Assembly: GCA_947589005.1 (NCBI GenBank)
Contig: CANPZO010000002.1
Coordinates: forward strand, 7,713-71,712
Source of the DNA: an uncultured Clostridia bacterium
Lineage (GTDB): Bacteria > Bacillota > Clostridia > UMGS1883
Reading direction: 5' to 3'
Length of the DNA: 64,000 nt
Part shown: piece by piece, positions 49,692 through 58,738 of the stretch
How positions within the stretch are numbered: position 1 is the stretch's first letter
Layout: every line of letters begins with the position of its first letter
The notes under the pieces: model-generated
The model's database searches: none
What the model was told of the DNA's origin: nothing
The model's input: only the letters and a program-made list of their open reading frames with translations
Program-made: the position numbers and the translations under genes

Positions 49692-52307
49692 TCACTCCTC
49701 ATTGGGGATATCTATTCCCGCCCTCGGCACGCTCAAATTCGCTTCCTTTATAAGGTCGCGGATAGCCGCCTCCGCCATGGATATCTCGGCGTGGAGCTCG
49801 GCGGCGGACAGTCGGAGGGCGCCGCCGCCGAGGATTATGACCTGCTCAAGATTGTCGGAGGTGGCCACCCGTACCCGATGGTTCTTCACCAGCCGGTGGG
49901 TCACCTTTTCGATATACATATCGGCGGTCTCGGCCTCCTTGGTATAGACCACGTCCACGCCGTCGATACGCTCGACCTCCCTGCGCTCGCCCTTGACCCT
50001 GTAGGCGTCAAAGACCGCTATAACCTCCTTGCCGGAAAAGCCCCTGTAGTTGGAGAGCGTTCCGATAAGGGCTTCTCGGGCAAGCTCGAGGCTTTCCTCC
50101 GCCAGCTCCTTAAGCTCGTCCCAGGCAAAAATGATATTGTAGCCGTCCACCAGCAGGTATTCCGGTCCGGAGGGCGGCTTTTTTGCGCGCGCTTCACCGT
50201 GGGAGGCGGGCTCGCGCCGGGTCTCCATGGAGTAGCGGTCATGCTTTATGGGGCCGTAGGTGCGCTCGAATATCTTTATAAGCTCCTTGTCCTCGGCCGC
50301 CCGGGCGACGTAGCCGGCGGCCATTTCACGTACCGTGGGGCGCGGCCTGTCTCCTTCGCCGCCGAAGGAAAAGCCGCTCTCGGTGTGCATATGGTCCCGA
50401 ACCTGATACCAGGGCACCAGAAAGCCCGCCCCGCCGCCGCAGAACACCGAATCGGCGGTGTTGTCAAGGTCGGCGTCACAGTCATAGCCTATCCCGGCTA
50501 TGACCTCATCGGCGTTGTGGCAGGGGCGGTAGCCCCCGGGCAGACAGCCGAGCCGTCCCCGGCCGCCGGTATAGCCGGCCACCTGCGTGTGATAGCCGCC
50601 AATCTCCGACACGGGGGCTTTGCCGGTAATCACCGCCGACGCGGGCGACTGCTCCGGTTGAGAAAATTCCGCCCCCATAAGGCGCAAATCGTTCATGGCC
50701 CGTCCTATGGCCTCGGGCGGTATTTCCAGCCGGAAGTCGTACCAAGGCTCCAGCAGCACCGACTTTGCGGAGCGCAGTCCCTGTCTTACCGCGCGGTAGG
50801 TGGCCTGGCGGAAGTCGCCGCCCTCGGTGTGCTTTTTGTGGGCGCGGCCGCCCACCACCGTTATGCGCATATCCGTAATCGGCGAGCCGGTCAGCACGCC
50901 TATATGCTGCTTTTCACGCAGATGGGACAAAATCAGGCGCTGCCAGTTTTTGTCAAGTATATCCTCGCCGCAGTCGGCGGCGAAGCTGAGCCCGCTGCCG
51001 GGGCGGGTCGGCTCCAGCACCAGATGCACCTCGGCATAGTGGCGCAGAGGCTCGTAATGGCCCACGCCCTCCACCGGAGCGGCGATGGTCTCCTTGTAGG
51101 CGATGCTGCCTGGGCCGAAGGCTATGTCGAGGCCAAAGCGTTCGCGCACCAGCCGCTGCAGCACCTCCAGCTGGACCGTGCCCATGAGCCTTACCCGTAT
51201 TTCCCGATGCCCCTCGTCCCAGGCTATGTGGAGCTGGGGGTCCTCGGCCTCAAGCTGGCGGAGCTTTTGCAGGGCCGCCATCGGGTCCGTGCCGGCGGGC
51301 AGCTCCACCCGGTAGCTTAGCACGGGCTCGAGCACTGGGGGCGAGGCCGTCCTTTCAAAGCCCAGCCCCTCCCCTGCGGAGGCGGCGGTGAGGCCGGTGA
51401 CGGCGCAGACGTCGCCCGCCTCCGCCCTGTCGGTGGAGCGGAACTTCGCCCCTGAATATATGCGTATCTGATTTACTTTTTCCGAAATTTCTCCCTCGTC
51501 CACGGTATCTCTCGCGCGGAGGGCGCCGCCGGTGAGCTTCATGTGGGTCAGGCGTTCGCCCCTTTCGTCCTCGGATATCTTAAAGACCCTGGCCCCGAAC
51601 TCCCGGCCATACGAGTGCTGTACGGTCCGTTTGTCCAGCATATCCGCGAACCTGTCCACGCCCTGCATTTTCAGGGCGGAGCCGAAAAGACAGGGGAATA
51701 CCCGCCGCTTTTTAATGGCGTCGGCAATGAGGCCGTCGGGAGCCTTTTCGCCCTCGAAAAATTTTTCGGCGATCTTGTCGTCAAAGACGGCAAGGGCCTC
51801 CTGCGTCTCATCGCTTTCAACGGCGGTAAAGTCGGTAAAGCCCTTGCCGAGGCGGTTGTTCAGCTCGGCCGTCAGCTCGGCGCGGGTGCGGGCGCAGATG
51901 TCCATTTTATTCACGAAAACAAAGACCGGAACCCTGTACCTTTCCAGCAGCCGCCAAAGGGTCTCGGTGTGGCTCTGCACCCCGTCGGGGCCGCTGACAA
52001 CCAGTACGGCGTAGTCCAGAACATTCAGAACCCTTTCCGTCTCGGCGGAAAAATCCACATGGCCGGGAGTGTCAAGGAGGGTAAGCTCCGTGTCCCCCAG
52101 CCGCAGCACCGCCTGCTTTGAGAATATGGTGATGCCCTTTTCTTTTTCTATGGCGTGAGTGTCCAGAAAGGCGTCCCCGTGGTCCACCCGTCCGGTCTTT
52201 CTTATTTCTCCCGCCAGATATAGCAGTCCCTCGGAAAGGGTGGTTTTGCCCGCGTCCACGTGGGCCAGTATGCCGACGGCGATTTTTTTCATGCGCTCAA
52301 ATCCGTT
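49692..52307 (-). CDS. Ribosomal-protection (TetM/TetO)-like translational GTPase fused to a C-terminal YacP/Rae1-type NYN ribonuclease domain
   Basis: N-terminal 'ILAHVDAGKTTLSEGLLY...DTPGHVDF...NKMD' G-domain. 'RVFKISEDERGERLTHMKLTGGALRARDTV' parallels TetM. The last about 230 aa have 'EYLLVDGYNIIFAW...VIAVFDAY...VVYTKEAETADMYIE', diagnostic of the NYN/YacP family. Single uninterrupted ORF. Confidence 0.75.
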   Translation of the reverse strand, partial: NGFERMKKIAVGILAHVDAGKTTLSEGLLYLAGEIRKTGRVDHGDAFLDTHAIEKEKGITIFSKQAVLRLGDTELTLLDTPGHVDFSAETERVLNVLDYAVLVVSGPDGVQSHTETLWRLLERYRVPVFVFVNKMDICARTRAELTAELNNRLGKGFTDFTAVESDETQEALAVFDDKIAEKFFEGEKAPDGLIADAIKKRRVFPCLFGSALKMQGVDRFADMLDKRTVQHSYGREFGARVFKISEDERGERLTHMKLTGGALRARDTVDEGEISEKVNQIRIYSGAKFRSTDRAEAGDVCAVTGLTAASAGEGLGFERTASPPVLEPVLSYRVELPAGTDPMAALQKLRQLEAEDPQLHIAWDEGHREIRVRLMGTVQLEVLQRLVRERFGLDIAFGPGSIAYKETIAAPVEGVGHYEPLRHYAEVHLVLEPTRPGSGLSFAADCGEDILDKNWQRLILSHLREKQHIGVLTGSPITDMRITVVGGRAHKKHTEGGDFRQATYRAVRQGLRSAKSVLLEPWYDFRLEIPPEAIGRAMNDLRLMGAEFSQPEQSPASAVITGKAPVSEIGGYHTQVAGYTGGRGRLGCLPGGYRPCHNADEVIAGIGYDCDADLDNTADSVFCGGGAGFLVPWYQVRDHMHTESGFSFGGEGDRPRPTVREMAAGYVARAAEDKELIKIFERTYGPIKHDRYSMETRREPASHGEARAKKPPSGPEYLLVDGYNIIFAWDELKELAEESLELAREALIGTLSNYRGFSGKEVIAVFDAYRVKGERREVERIDGVDVVYTKEAETADMYIEKVTHRLVKNHRVRVATSDNLEQVIILGGGALRLSAAELHAEISMAEAAIRDLIKEANLSVPRAGIDIPNEE

Positions 52308-52386
52308 CATAAAATTTATTGAGATAATTGTACCACAGAGGGGTAAAAATTGCAATAAAATTTTCTAAAAATATGAACAAAAGCCC

Positions 52387-52415
52387 TTGATTTATCTTTT
52401 CAAATGTGCTATACT
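52387..52415 (+). promoter_or_regulatory. Promoter for tRNA-Leu (TTGATT-17-TATACT)
   Basis: Hexamers at 52387-52392 and 52410-52415. Confidence 0.5.
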
Positions 52416-52428
52416 GTTAAGGAAATAT

Positions 52429-52515
52429 GCCGATGTGATGGAATTGGTAGACGTAGTGGACTCAAAATCCACCGGTAGCGATACCGTGCCGGTTCGAGTC
52501 CGGCCATCGGCACCA
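52429..52515 (+). tRNA. tRNA-Leu (anticodon CAA)
   Basis: Cloverleaf readable: acceptor GCCGATG/CATCGGC plus CCA, anticodon loop CUCAAAA, long variable arm, T-arm GGTTCGAGTCC. Confidence 0.85.
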
Positions 52516-52518
52516 CGT

Positions 52519-52552
52519 CGGAGCAAAGGGTGACTACGCTCCGACGTTTCCT
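52519..52552 (+). terminator. Intrinsic terminator after the tRNA
   Basis: 'cgtcggagcaaagggtgactacgctccgacgttt'. Confidence 0.6.
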
Positions 52553-52750
52553 TTTCGGAAACGTCCGTAGCTCGTACCCATTTGCTCCTCCTTTTCCCCA
52601 AGAATAACTCCGTTATTCTCGGGGGCTCCGATTTTTACGCAAAGAGCGACTACGCTTACCCCCCTTCCCAAAACCCGCCGTCCGCGGCGGAAAAACACGC
52701 GACACCGATGCCCAAATGTCCCTAACTTTTTACGTTTGGTCGTGATACAA

Positions 52751-53935
52751 ATGAAGGCACAAAAACCACAAATCAACAAGCCCGCTCTGGCGCTGGCACT
52801 GTTCTGCGCGGTCTGCATTTCCGCCGCCATGACGCTGGTGGCGCTTCAGCTCAGGTCCGACTCCGCGGCCCGCTCCGGCGTACCCGCGGAGCCGCAGCCG
52901 CCCGAGGCGGTCACCGTCGAGCTCGCCGCCGTGGGCGACAATCTTATGCACCTGCCTCTGATAAACAGCTGCCGCACGGATACAGGCTACAACTTCGACG
53001 GCTTTTACGAGCACATAGCCCCCTATCTGGCAGGGGCCGACATCAAGGCCATAAACCAGGAGACCGTGTTCGTGAACGACCCCTCCCGCTACAGCGGCTA
53101 CCCGAGTTTCGGCGGCCCCACGGCCATAGGCGAAAGCGTGGTCAAGGCGGGCTTCAATGTTGTCGAGCAGGCGTCAAATCACTCCTACGACCAGGGCCTG
53201 ACAGGTCTTGAGGACACTATGGCCTTTTGGAAAAGCCGGCCCGTTACCCTGCTGGGGGTCAACGAGACTCCCGAGGAGGCCCTTCGCGTCGATAAATTTG
53301 AAAAGGACGGCTTTACCGTCGCGATGATGAACTACACCTACGGTCTCAACGGCTATGTCCTCCCCTCCGGCAGAGAGCATATGGTAAACGTGCTGAACGA
53401 GGACGGCCGCCCCGCCATGGCGGAGCAGATAGCCCGCGCCAAGGCCGAGAGCGATATGCTCATAGTCTTTCCCCACTGGGGCACGGAATACGACACCGAG
53501 CCGGACGACTATCAGCGGGACTGGTTAAAGTTCTTCAACGAAAACGGAGTTGACATAATTATAGGGGCGCACCCTCACGTACTCCAGCCCGTGGAGGAAT
53601 ACGTTGGCGAGACCGGCTATAAAACGCTGGTGTTCTACTCTCTGGGCAACTTCATCTCCAATCAGGATTCCGTCGTCAAGGAGCTGGGCGGCATGGCGCG
53701 GGTGACCCTTGTGAAGGACGGGGAGGGCTGCCGGGTGGAAAAATACTCGCTGGAGCCGTGCTTCACCCATCTTTCCGGCGGCAAATACACGGTCTATATG
53801 CTCAAGGACTACACCGACGAGCTGGCTCGGAGCCACGCCAAATACGGCGGCAGTCTCAGCACGGCGGCCATATGGGACAAGTTTTACGAGATAACCGGCC
53901 GGCCGGAGGGTGAAACGGCGGCGCCGGCGGCCTAA
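52751..53935 (+). CDS. CapA-family (PGA_cap metallophosphatase-like) membrane-anchored protein
   Basis: N-terminal TM. 'LAAVGDNLMH' and 'FPHWGTEY' motifs of the CapA/PgsA family. Confidence 0.7.
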   Translation: MKAQKPQINKPALALALFCAVCISAAMTLVALQLRSDSAARSGVPAEPQPPEAVTVELAAVGDNLMHLPLINSCRTDTGYNFDGFYEHIAPYLAGADIKAINQETVFVNDPSRYSGYPSFGGPTAIGESVVKAGFNVVEQASNHSYDQGLTGLEDTMAFWKSRPVTLLGVNETPEEALRVDKFEKDGFTVAMMNYTYGLNGYVLPSGREHMVNVLNEDGRPAMAEQIARAKAESDMLIVFPHWGTEYDTEPDDYQRDWLKFFNENGVDIIIGAHPHVLQPVEEYVGETGYKTLVFYSLGNFISNQDSVVKELGGMARVTLVKDGEGCRVEKYSLEPCFTHLSGGKYTVYMLKDYTDELARSHAKYGGSLSTAAIWDKFYEITGRPEGETAAPAA

Positions 53936-54040
53936 AGGCCGGACGCCGTTGAGAGGTATTATCTTAATACTTTATTCAAAAATTTACGACAAAGCCGAAA
54001 CAAAAACCGAGTATCATAATTTTAAAGGATGTGATATTCT

Positions 54041-56248
54041 GTGAAAAAGACGATTGGAAAAATTCTGGCCCTGACCGCCGCCTGCGCGGTGGGCGTATCG
54101 GCGGCGTTCGCTCTGCAAGGGGCCCGCGCCGAGGACGTCAGGGTCACGCTGAACGGGGAGGAGCTGACCTTTGCTCAGCCGCCCTTTATACAGAACGGCA
54201 CCACCATGGTGCCCATGAGGACCATATTCGAGGCTTTGGGGACGGACGTTTCGTGGAACGCCGGAGAAAAATCGGTGACCGCCGTTAAAAACGGAAAGAG
54301 CGTCTATGTTGCCGCCGACAGCAGGTCCGCCGTCATCAACGGCGCCCCCGTGGAGCTGGCCGAGGCGCCCGTAATCAAAAACGGCGTGACCCTTGTGCCC
54401 CTCAGAGTAGTCAGCGAGGCCATGGGCCTTGACGTGGAGTGGGACGCGGAAAACCGCACCGCCGTGCTGATAGACGAGGACTCGCCCAAAGACGACAGCT
54501 GGAAGGAGACAACCGGCGATATTGACCTGAGCTCAATGACCGTGAACGGCCCCGGCCTGTCCGTGGACGGAAAGACCGTCCTTGTGACCGAAGGGGGCGA
54601 CTTTACCGTCACCGGCAAAAATGCCGACGCCATGATAAAAGTCAACTCCAAATCCCGGGTGAAGCTGCGTCTAAGCGGCGTTGAGCTCACCAACTCGGAC
54701 GGCCCCGCCATTTACTTTGAAAACTGCGACAAGGGCTTTATAACCGTATCAAAGGGCACCGAAAACTACCTGGCCGACGGGACGGAGTATTCCGTGGACG
54801 CCAAGGGCGCGGTGTTCAGCAACGACGACCTGGAAATTCAGGGCGGCGGCAAGCTTACCGTAGTGTCAAACTATAACCACGCCATCGTCAGCGACGACAA
54901 GCTCACCGTGGAGGAGGGCGTCCTTGTGCTCACCGCCAAGGGCGACGGTCTCCACGCCAACGACGGCATCGAAATATCCGGCGGCGACCTGACGGTGACC
55001 GCCTTGGGCGACGGCATACAGTCCGAGGACTATGTGGACATAACCGGCGGCACGGTGAATATCACCACCACCGGCCAGGTGGAGCCGTCCGCCGCGGGCT
55101 GGGGAGGCTTTGGCGGCCGGGGCGGTATGGGCCTCGGAGACATGGGCGGAGCCGATTTCGGCGGCAGAGGCGGCTTTGGCGGCCGTCAGCCCATGCAGGA
55201 CGGCCAGACGCCCCCGCAGATGCCCGACGACCGGCAGCCCATGGAAATGGCCGGCGACCGGCAGCCCATGGAAATGCCTGATGACCGGCAGCTTCCGCAG
55301 ATGCCGGAGGGCGGCCCCGGGGAGGAAGACGTCCTGACCGACGAAAGCGCCTACCCCTCCACCAAGGGCATAAAGGCTGAGACCAACCTGCTCGTAAGGG
55401 GCGGCGACGTCACCGTGAACTCCTCCGACCACTGTCTCCACAGCGCGGGCATAATATATATCGACGGCGCCGCGCTGAGCCTGACCTCTCAGGCGGGCAA
55501 GGGCGTTTCCGCCCACGCCGGACTGTGCGTAGAGGGCGGCGCAATAAATGTGCTTAAGAGCACCGAGGGTCTTGAAAGCAAGGACCGCTTTGTCATAAAC
55601 GGCGGCACGGTACACGTCACGGCCAGTGACGACGGTCTCAACGCCGGAGGCACGAACGGTCGGGACGCCGGAATGAATGGCGGCCACTGTCTGTATATGA
55701 ACGGCGGATACGTCTATGTAGACGCGGCAGGGGACGGCCTCGACGCCAACGGCATACTGTACATTACCGGCGGCACGGCCGTTGTGAACGGCCCCACAAA
55801 CAGCGGGAACGGCGCCCTTGACAGCGGCGGCGGCATAGTGGTTACCGGCGGTACTCTTATCGCCTCCGGAGCCGCCGGAATGGCCGAATATCCCGCAGGC
55901 GGGCTGTCTGCCCAATCCACGGTGGTCTACGCCGGTTCCTCCGCGGCGGCCGGCGACCTGATAAGGATAGAGGACGCGGAGGGCCAAGAGATACTCACCT
56001 ATTCCTCCTCCAAGCCATGGCAGAATCTTGTATTTTCCTCGCCGTTGCTCGAGCGGGGCAAGGAGTACCGCATACTCACCGGCGGCAGCTATGAGGGCGG
56101 GACCGAGACGGACGGCGTATACGAGGGCGGCAGCTACACCGGCGGAACGGTGGCGGAGACCTTTACTCTCGACGACGCGACCGTGACCGTGGGCGCCGTG
56201 ACGGGCATGGGCGGCTTCGGCGGCATGGGCGGCCATCGCGGACGGTAA
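54041..56248 (+). CDS. Secreted protein: Cu-amine-oxidase-N repeats, Pro/Met-rich linker, right-handed beta-helix (Cthe_2159-like carbohydrate-binding) domain
   Basis: Possible GTG start. Signal 'MKKTIGKILALTAACAVGVSAAFA'. Cu_amine_oxidN1 'TLNGEELTFAQPPFIQNGTTMVPMRTIFEALG'. Repeated 'GDGL.A' / 'GGT..V' beta-helix rungs. Confidence 0.7.
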   Translation: MKKTIGKILALTAACAVGVSAAFALQGARAEDVRVTLNGEELTFAQPPFIQNGTTMVPMRTIFEALGTDVSWNAGEKSVTAVKNGKSVYVAADSRSAVINGAPVELAEAPVIKNGVTLVPLRVVSEAMGLDVEWDAENRTAVLIDEDSPKDDSWKETTGDIDLSSMTVNGPGLSVDGKTVLVTEGGDFTVTGKNADAMIKVNSKSRVKLRLSGVELTNSDGPAIYFENCDKGFITVSKGTENYLADGTEYSVDAKGAVFSNDDLEIQGGGKLTVVSNYNHAIVSDDKLTVEEGVLVLTAKGDGLHANDGIEISGGDLTVTALGDGIQSEDYVDITGGTVNITTTGQVEPSAAGWGGFGGRGGMGLGDMGGADFGGRGGFGGRQPMQDGQTPPQMPDDRQPMEMAGDRQPMEMPDDRQLPQMPEGGPGEEDVLTDESAYPSTKGIKAETNLLVRGGDVTVNSSDHCLHSAGIIYIDGAALSLTSQAGKGVSAHAGLCVEGGAINVLKSTEGLESKDRFVINGGTVHVTASDDGLNAGGTNGRDAGMNGGHCLYMNGGYVYVDAAGDGLDANGILYITGGTAVVNGPTNSGNGALDSGGGIVVTGGTLIASGAAGMAEYPAGGLSAQSTVVYAGSSAAAGDLIRIEDAEGQEILTYSSSKPWQNLVFSSPLLERGKEYRILTGGSYEGGTETDGVYEGGSYTGGTVAETFTLDDATVTVGAVTGMGGFGGMGGHRGR

Positions 56249-56257
56249 AATTATTTG

Positions 56258-56286
56258 TTGACATTTGGCCCTCCCTGTGATATACT
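56258..56286 (+). promoter_or_regulatory. Promoter (TTGACA-17-TATACT) with partial palindrome overlapping the -10; candidate Fur-family autoregulatory site
   Basis: Hexamers at 56258-56263 and 56281-56286. 'atactaagaacaagtcctgatagtat' partial inverted repeat. Confidence 0.45.
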
Positions 56287-56327
56287 AAGAACAAGTCCTG
56301 ATAGTATAGTCAAAGGGAGGGCGCTTT

Positions 56328-56711
56328 ATGGCCCAAAAACGCGACACAAAGCAGCGGCGGCTGGTTTTGGAGGCGGTGCGTTCACGGACGGACCACCCCA
56401 CCGCCGACGAGATATATCTGGCCGTCCGGGAGAAGGACGGGAGGATAAGCAGGGGCACCGTTTACCGCAACCTGAGCGTTTTGGCCGATAGCGGAGAGCT
56501 GACCCACGTAAGGGTGCCGGCGGCGGACCGCTACGATTTGCGGCTGGATTTGCACTATCACATTTTCTGCACGGGCTGCGGAGCGGTATTTGACGCGCCG
56601 GAAGAGTACGACGGCGGCGCGGACCGACGGGTGGAAGCGGCCACAGGCTTCAGTATAGAGCGCCACAGGACCGTGTTCGAGGGACTGTGTCCCGAGTGCC
56701 GGGAAAAATGA
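56328..56711 (+). CDS. Fur-family metalloregulator (Zur/PerR-like)
   Basis: 'RLVLEAVRSRTDHPTADEIYLAV', 'HHIFCTGCGAV', C-terminal 'CPECRE' metal site. Confidence 0.85.
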   Translation: MAQKRDTKQRRLVLEAVRSRTDHPTADEIYLAVREKDGRISRGTVYRNLSVLADSGELTHVRVPAADRYDLRLDLHYHIFCTGCGAVFDAPEEYDGGADRRVEAATGFSIERHRTVFEGLCPECREK

Positions 56712-56802
56712 AAAACAGCACATAAAAAATTCGGCGCGACCGAATTTTTTATATAATGACCGAAAGTCCGCCGTGGGGCCTTTCGGCGGTAGTATGAGAC
56801 AG

Positions 56803-58353
56803 GGTGATAAAATGAGGCTTAGGAGAGTGGCGGCGATGATGCTGGCCGTTTGTTTGTCCATGGCGGCCCTCCCGGCGGGGGCGGCCTTTTCCGACGTGAA
56901 GGAGAGGGACTGGTTCTATGACAGCGTTACTGCCATGGCCGGGGCCGGTCACATCAACGGCTATCCCGACGGCTCTTTTCGGCCGAACGAAAAGATAAGC
57001 GGCGCGGAGCTGGTGAGCATAGCCGCCCGTATGCGCGGTCTCGCGCCTGTCCCCGCACAAAACGCTCACTGGGCGGGAGGGCTGATGCGGGCGGCACTTG
57101 ACGCGGGCTGGTACGATTGGGACGAGCTTCCCCCGGACGCGCGGAATTACGACGAGCCGATATCCCGTCAGCTTGCGGTGAAAATAGTGATGAGGGCCTT
57201 TGCCCCCGACGCTCGGGGCGACTACGCCGTCGAGTCGGCGAAGATAGCCGATTTTTCCCAGCTGGACGGCAGGTACTACGAGCCGGTGCTGGCGGCCTAC
57301 GCCCTTGGCATAGCCACCGGCGACGACAGGGGCAACTTCGAGCCCAAATCCGGCCTCAGCAGGGCTCAAGCCTGCGCCCTTTTGAGCAGGGCGGCGGGCT
57401 TTGCTCCGGCGGGGGAGGGGGCCGCGCCGCCGGAAACCTCCGTGCCCGTTGTCCCCGTTTCGGGCGGGGTCGGCGAAAACGGGCATCTACGGGTCATAGG
57501 CACACGCCTCTGCAACGAAAACGGCGACCCCGTGGTGCTCCGCGGCATGAGCAGCCACGGCCTCCAGTGGTTCCCGCGGTTCATGACGGGAAACGTAATA
57601 CGCTCCACGGCCGAAAGGGGAGCCAACCTCCTCCGTCTGGCGATGTACACCGCCGAGGGCGGCTATCTCAGCGACCCTTCCGTCAAAAACACCCTTTATG
57701 ACGCCGTTGACCTCGCGCGGGCGCTGGATATGTACGCCATTATCGACTGGCACATACTTTCCGACGGGGACCCCATGACCCACCTTGAGGAGGCGGAGAC
57801 CTTCTTCCGGGAGGCGGCGGAGAGGTATCGCGGCGACCCGGCGGTGATTTACGAGATATGCAACGAGCCCAACGGCAATATTACCTGGAGCGGGAACGTA
57901 AAGCCCTATGCCGAGGCGGTCATCGGGGTCATCAGGGCCGTGGACCCTCAGGCGGTGATACTGGTGGGCAGTCCGACCTGGAGCCAGGACCTCCACGAGG
58001 CCGCAAAAGACCCTCTCGCCTTTGACAATATAATGTATACCTGCCACTTTTACGCCGGCACCCACGGCCAATGGCTCCGTGACCGTATAGACGAGGCTTT
58101 GGCCCGGGGCCTTCCGGTGTTTGTCAGCGAGTGGGGCGTCAGCGCCGCCGACGGCGGGGGAGGAGTCTTTGCGGCGGAAACCGGAGAGTGGCTGAGCTTT
58201 ATGGAAGAAAGGGGCATAAGCTGGGCCAACTGGTCCCTCTGCGACAAAAACGAGACCTCCGCCGCCGTGAGGCCGGGGGCGGATATTTCAGACGGAATAT
58301 CCGACGGCGAGCTGAGCGAGTCGGGAAAAATCGTGTTCGGCGCGTTCCGATGA
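56803..58353 (+). CDS. SLH-domain-anchored glycoside hydrolase family 5 enzyme
   Basis: Signal peptide. Three SLH repeats ('FSDVKERDWFYDSVTAMAGAGHINGYPDGSFRPNEKISGAE'). GH5 catalytic motifs 'ICNEPNG' and 'FVSEWGVS'. Confidence 0.8.
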   Translation, partial: GDKMRLRRVAAMMLAVCLSMAALPAGAAFSDVKERDWFYDSVTAMAGAGHINGYPDGSFRPNEKISGAELVSIAARMRGLAPVPAQNAHWAGGLMRAALDAGWYDWDELPPDARNYDEPISRQLAVKIVMRAFAPDARGDYAVESAKIADFSQLDGRYYEPVLAAYALGIATGDDRGNFEPKSGLSRAQACALLSRAAGFAPAGEGAAPPETSVPVVPVSGGVGENGHLRVIGTRLCNENGDPVVLRGMSSHGLQWFPRFMTGNVIRSTAERGANLLRLAMYTAEGGYLSDPSVKNTLYDAVDLARALDMYAIIDWHILSDGDPMTHLEEAETFFREAAERYRGDPAVIYEICNEPNGNITWSGNVKPYAEAVIGVIRAVDPQAVILVGSPTWSQDLHEAAKDPLAFDNIMYTCHFYAGTHGQWLRDRIDEALARGLPVFVSEWGVSAADGGGGVFAAETGEWLSFMEERGISWANWSLCDKNETSAAVRPGADISDGISDGELSESGKIVFGAFR

Positions 58354-58454
58354 CGGCGGACCATTTCATACAAATTTGTTAAATTTAAAACTTGGTTATT
58401 GACTACAAGGCGGATTTGATGTATAATACACTTTGGATTTATGCGTGACCCGTT

Positions 58455-58709
58455 ATGGAGGTGATATGCTTGTTCTGTCCCAAATGCGGAAAAATGAACC
58501 CGGACGACCGGGAAAAATGCAGCGGCTGCGGAGCGGTGCTCCATGAACCGAAGGCCGAGGCTCCGAAGAAAAAATCCGGCCTTGCCGGTAAGATAATCGC
58601 GATAGCGGCGGCGGCGGCCGTAGCCGTGGGCGGCACGGTCTTCGCGGTGAGCAGCTGTGAAAAGGCGGACGCTCAAAGCCGCGGCGCCTGCGTAATTATG
58701 GCTTTTTAA
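58455..58709 (+). CDS. Zinc-ribbon plus TM small protein
   Basis: 'CPKCGKMNPDDREKCSGCG' zinc ribbon then a hydrophobic helix. The start could be the TTG at 58470 after GGAGGTG. Confidence 0.45.
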   Translation: MEVICLFCPKCGKMNPDDREKCSGCGAVLHEPKAEAPKKKSGLAGKIIAIAAAAAVAVGGTVFAVSSCEKADAQSRGACVIMAF

Positions 58710-58738
58710 GCGTCCTGAGCGAAGGAGGTTAAATAAAA

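Noticed and set aside
49791-51320. 509-aa plus-strand ORF antisense to the GTPase-NYN gene
   Set aside because: It overlaps the conserved G-domain coding region of the opposite strand, has low complexity and no RBS.
49692-52307. Calling the GTPase a tetracycline-resistance determinant (tet(M)/tet(O))
   Set aside because: Similarity is at the family level only, and the C-terminal nuclease fusion suggests a different role. Resistance cannot be inferred from sequence alone.
54866-56236. 456-aa minus-strand ORF antisense to the beta-helix protein
   Set aside because: High-GC antisense artefact with no start signal. The same applies to 58706..60568, 61377..62471, 62499..63596, 25358..26212, 27930..28931, 29973..30698, 34709..35662, 17070..17819, 14263..15084 and 14744..15349.
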